In this document: positions 60,069-64,000 of the stretch, in pieces
Layout of the letters: the number at the start of each line of letters is the position of its first letter
How positions within the stretch are numbered: the stretch's first letter is position 1
Assembly (NCBI RefSeq): GCF_009914755.1
Contig: NC_060943.1
Reading direction: 5' to 3' (one strand)
DNA: 64,000 bases
Origin: the human T2T-CHM13v2.0 reference genome, Homo sapiens
Made by a program: the position numbers and the translations under genes
Notes under the pieces: generated by a model
Seen by the model: the letters and a program-made list of their open reading frames with translations, nothing else
Told to the model about the DNA's origin: nothing
The model's database searches: none

Positions 60069-60718
60069 CTATCTCTACTAAAAATACAAAAAATTAGGCC
60101 AGGCTTGGTGGCTCGTGCCTGTAATCCCAGCACTTTTTGGGGCCGAGGCAGGCAGATCACGAGGTCACGAGCTCAAGAGATGGAGACAATCCTGGCCAAC
60201 ATGGTGAAACCCTGTCTCTCCTAAAAATACAAAAATTAGCTGGGTGTGGTGGCGCACCTGTAGTCCCAGCTACTTGGGAGGCTGAGGCAGGAGAATGGCT
60301 TGAACCCAGGAGGCGGAGGTTGCAGTGAGCCGAGATCACACCACTTGCACTCCAGCCTGGTGACAGAACAAGACTTCGTCTCAAAAAAAAAAAAAAAAAA
60401 AAAAAATTAGCCAGGCATGGTGGTATGTGCTTGTAATCCCAGCTACTGGGGAGGCTGAGGCAAGAGAGTCGTTTGAACCCAGGATGCAGAGGTTGTATGA
60501 GCTGAGATCACACCACTGCACTCCAGCCTGGAGGACAGAGTGAGACTCTGTCTCAAAAAGAAAAAAGAAACAAACACAACTGGGTCAGGCAAGGTGGCTC
60601 ACACCTATAATCCCAGCACTTTGGGAGGCTGAGATGGGAGGATTGCTTGAGGCCAGAGTTTGAGACCCACCTGGGCAACATGGTGAGACCCCAATTTCTA
60701 CTAAAAGTATAAAAATTA

Positions 60719-61000
<282 letters not shown>

Positions 61001-61047
61001 TCAAAAAAAAAAAAAAAATTAGCCAGGTGGCAGGGCACAGTGGCTCA

Positions 61048-61355
<308 letters not shown>

Positions 61356-61620
61356 TCAGCTCCTTGGGAGGTTAAGGCACGAGAATCGCTGGAACCCAGG
61401 AGGAGAAGGTTGCAGTGAGCCAAGATCGTGCCACTACACTCCAGCCTGGCTAAGAGAGAGACTCTGTCTCAAAAATAAAAACAAAAGAGTTATTGGCCTG
61501 GCGTGGTGGCTCACGCCTGAAATCCCAACACTTTGAGAGGCCAAAGCAGGCGGATCGGATCATCTGAGGTCAGGAGTCAGAGACCAGCCTGGCCAACATG
61601 GCAAAACCCCATCTCTACTA

Positions 61621-62235
<615 letters not shown>

Positions 62236-62636
62236 TAGATGCTTTTTAGAGCACTCTGTAGTTCCTTAAATGGAGCTGCAAATCCACAGGTTGCTGCTCA
62301 ATGTCTGACTAGCTTCTACTTTATTTCTGACTTTATTTCTCATCTGTCTCCACCACACCCCTCCCTTCCACATACCCTGCATTCCAGCAAAACTGACCAA
62401 TGCATCACATGCCAGACACACCCTGTGATGTCTACCCCAGGACCCTTGCACAGGCTTCTGCCTCAAGAGAGCTCATGATCCAGTGGACAGGCGTGGGCAT
62501 TGGAATCTCACAAGCCCAGATCACCTCCCAGTTTCACCTCTTCAATGCTATTGACCTTTGGGGACTGACAAAACCTCTCTGAACTTCAGTTTGCCCAGAT
62601 ATAGCATGGACTGAAAAAATGTGTACCTTCTAGGTA

Positions 62637-63443
<807 letters not shown>

Positions 63444-63538
63444 TACTGAATGAGGATTAAAGCTAATGGGACATTTAGCCAGGTGCAGTGGCTCACGCCT
63501 GTAATCCCAGCACTTGGGAGGCCGAGGTGAGCAGATCA

Positions 63539-63832
<294 letters not shown>

Positions 63833-64000
63833 TCACGAGGTTAGGAGTTCAAGACCCGTCTGGCCAAGATGGTGAAACCCCATCTGTACTAAAAATACAA
63901 AAATTAGCCGGACATGGTGGCAGGTGCCTGTAATCCCAGCTACCCAGGAGGCTCAGGCAGAGAATTACTTGAACCCAGTAGGTGGAGGTTGCAGTGAGCC

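Overview
Human (primate) genomic DNA, extremely Alu-dense, with L1, L2, MIR, ERV1/MaLR LTR and DNA-transposon relics. Nearly all ORFs in the supplied track are Alu- or microsatellite-derived artefacts. The real genic signal is on the minus strand. A first coding exon (ATG at 22084, strong Kozak, donor at 21996) encodes a signal-peptide-like N-terminus, MGREGPAHPGHRRRPLLALAVSLLLTCWP. It splices in frame to a 114-nt phase-1 exon at 5840-5727 (GLPFDAVVFAQTTDQGTLGATRQLTHDPSSPASLISSV). From recall I identify this as the extended 5' end of MUC16 (CA125) on 19p13.2; the giant mucin exons would lie left of the window. A further clean, fully open 432-nt phase-1/phase-1 exon sits about 25 kb upstream (47798-47367) and could be an alternative N-terminus or part of a separate upstream gene. 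The window also holds (i) a BOLA3 processed pseudogene nested inside an Alu and itself split by an Alu, (ii) an unusual ~150-bp captured CKS1B 5'UTR/exon 1/apparent intron 1 fragment inside an L1, (iii) a MIR head that mimics tRNA-Gln(TTG), (iv) an anomalously CpG-rich L2, and (v) several multi-level transposon nests. No CRISPR, rRNA or prokaryote-type system is present. Gene and repeat-family names come from recall, not from a database search.
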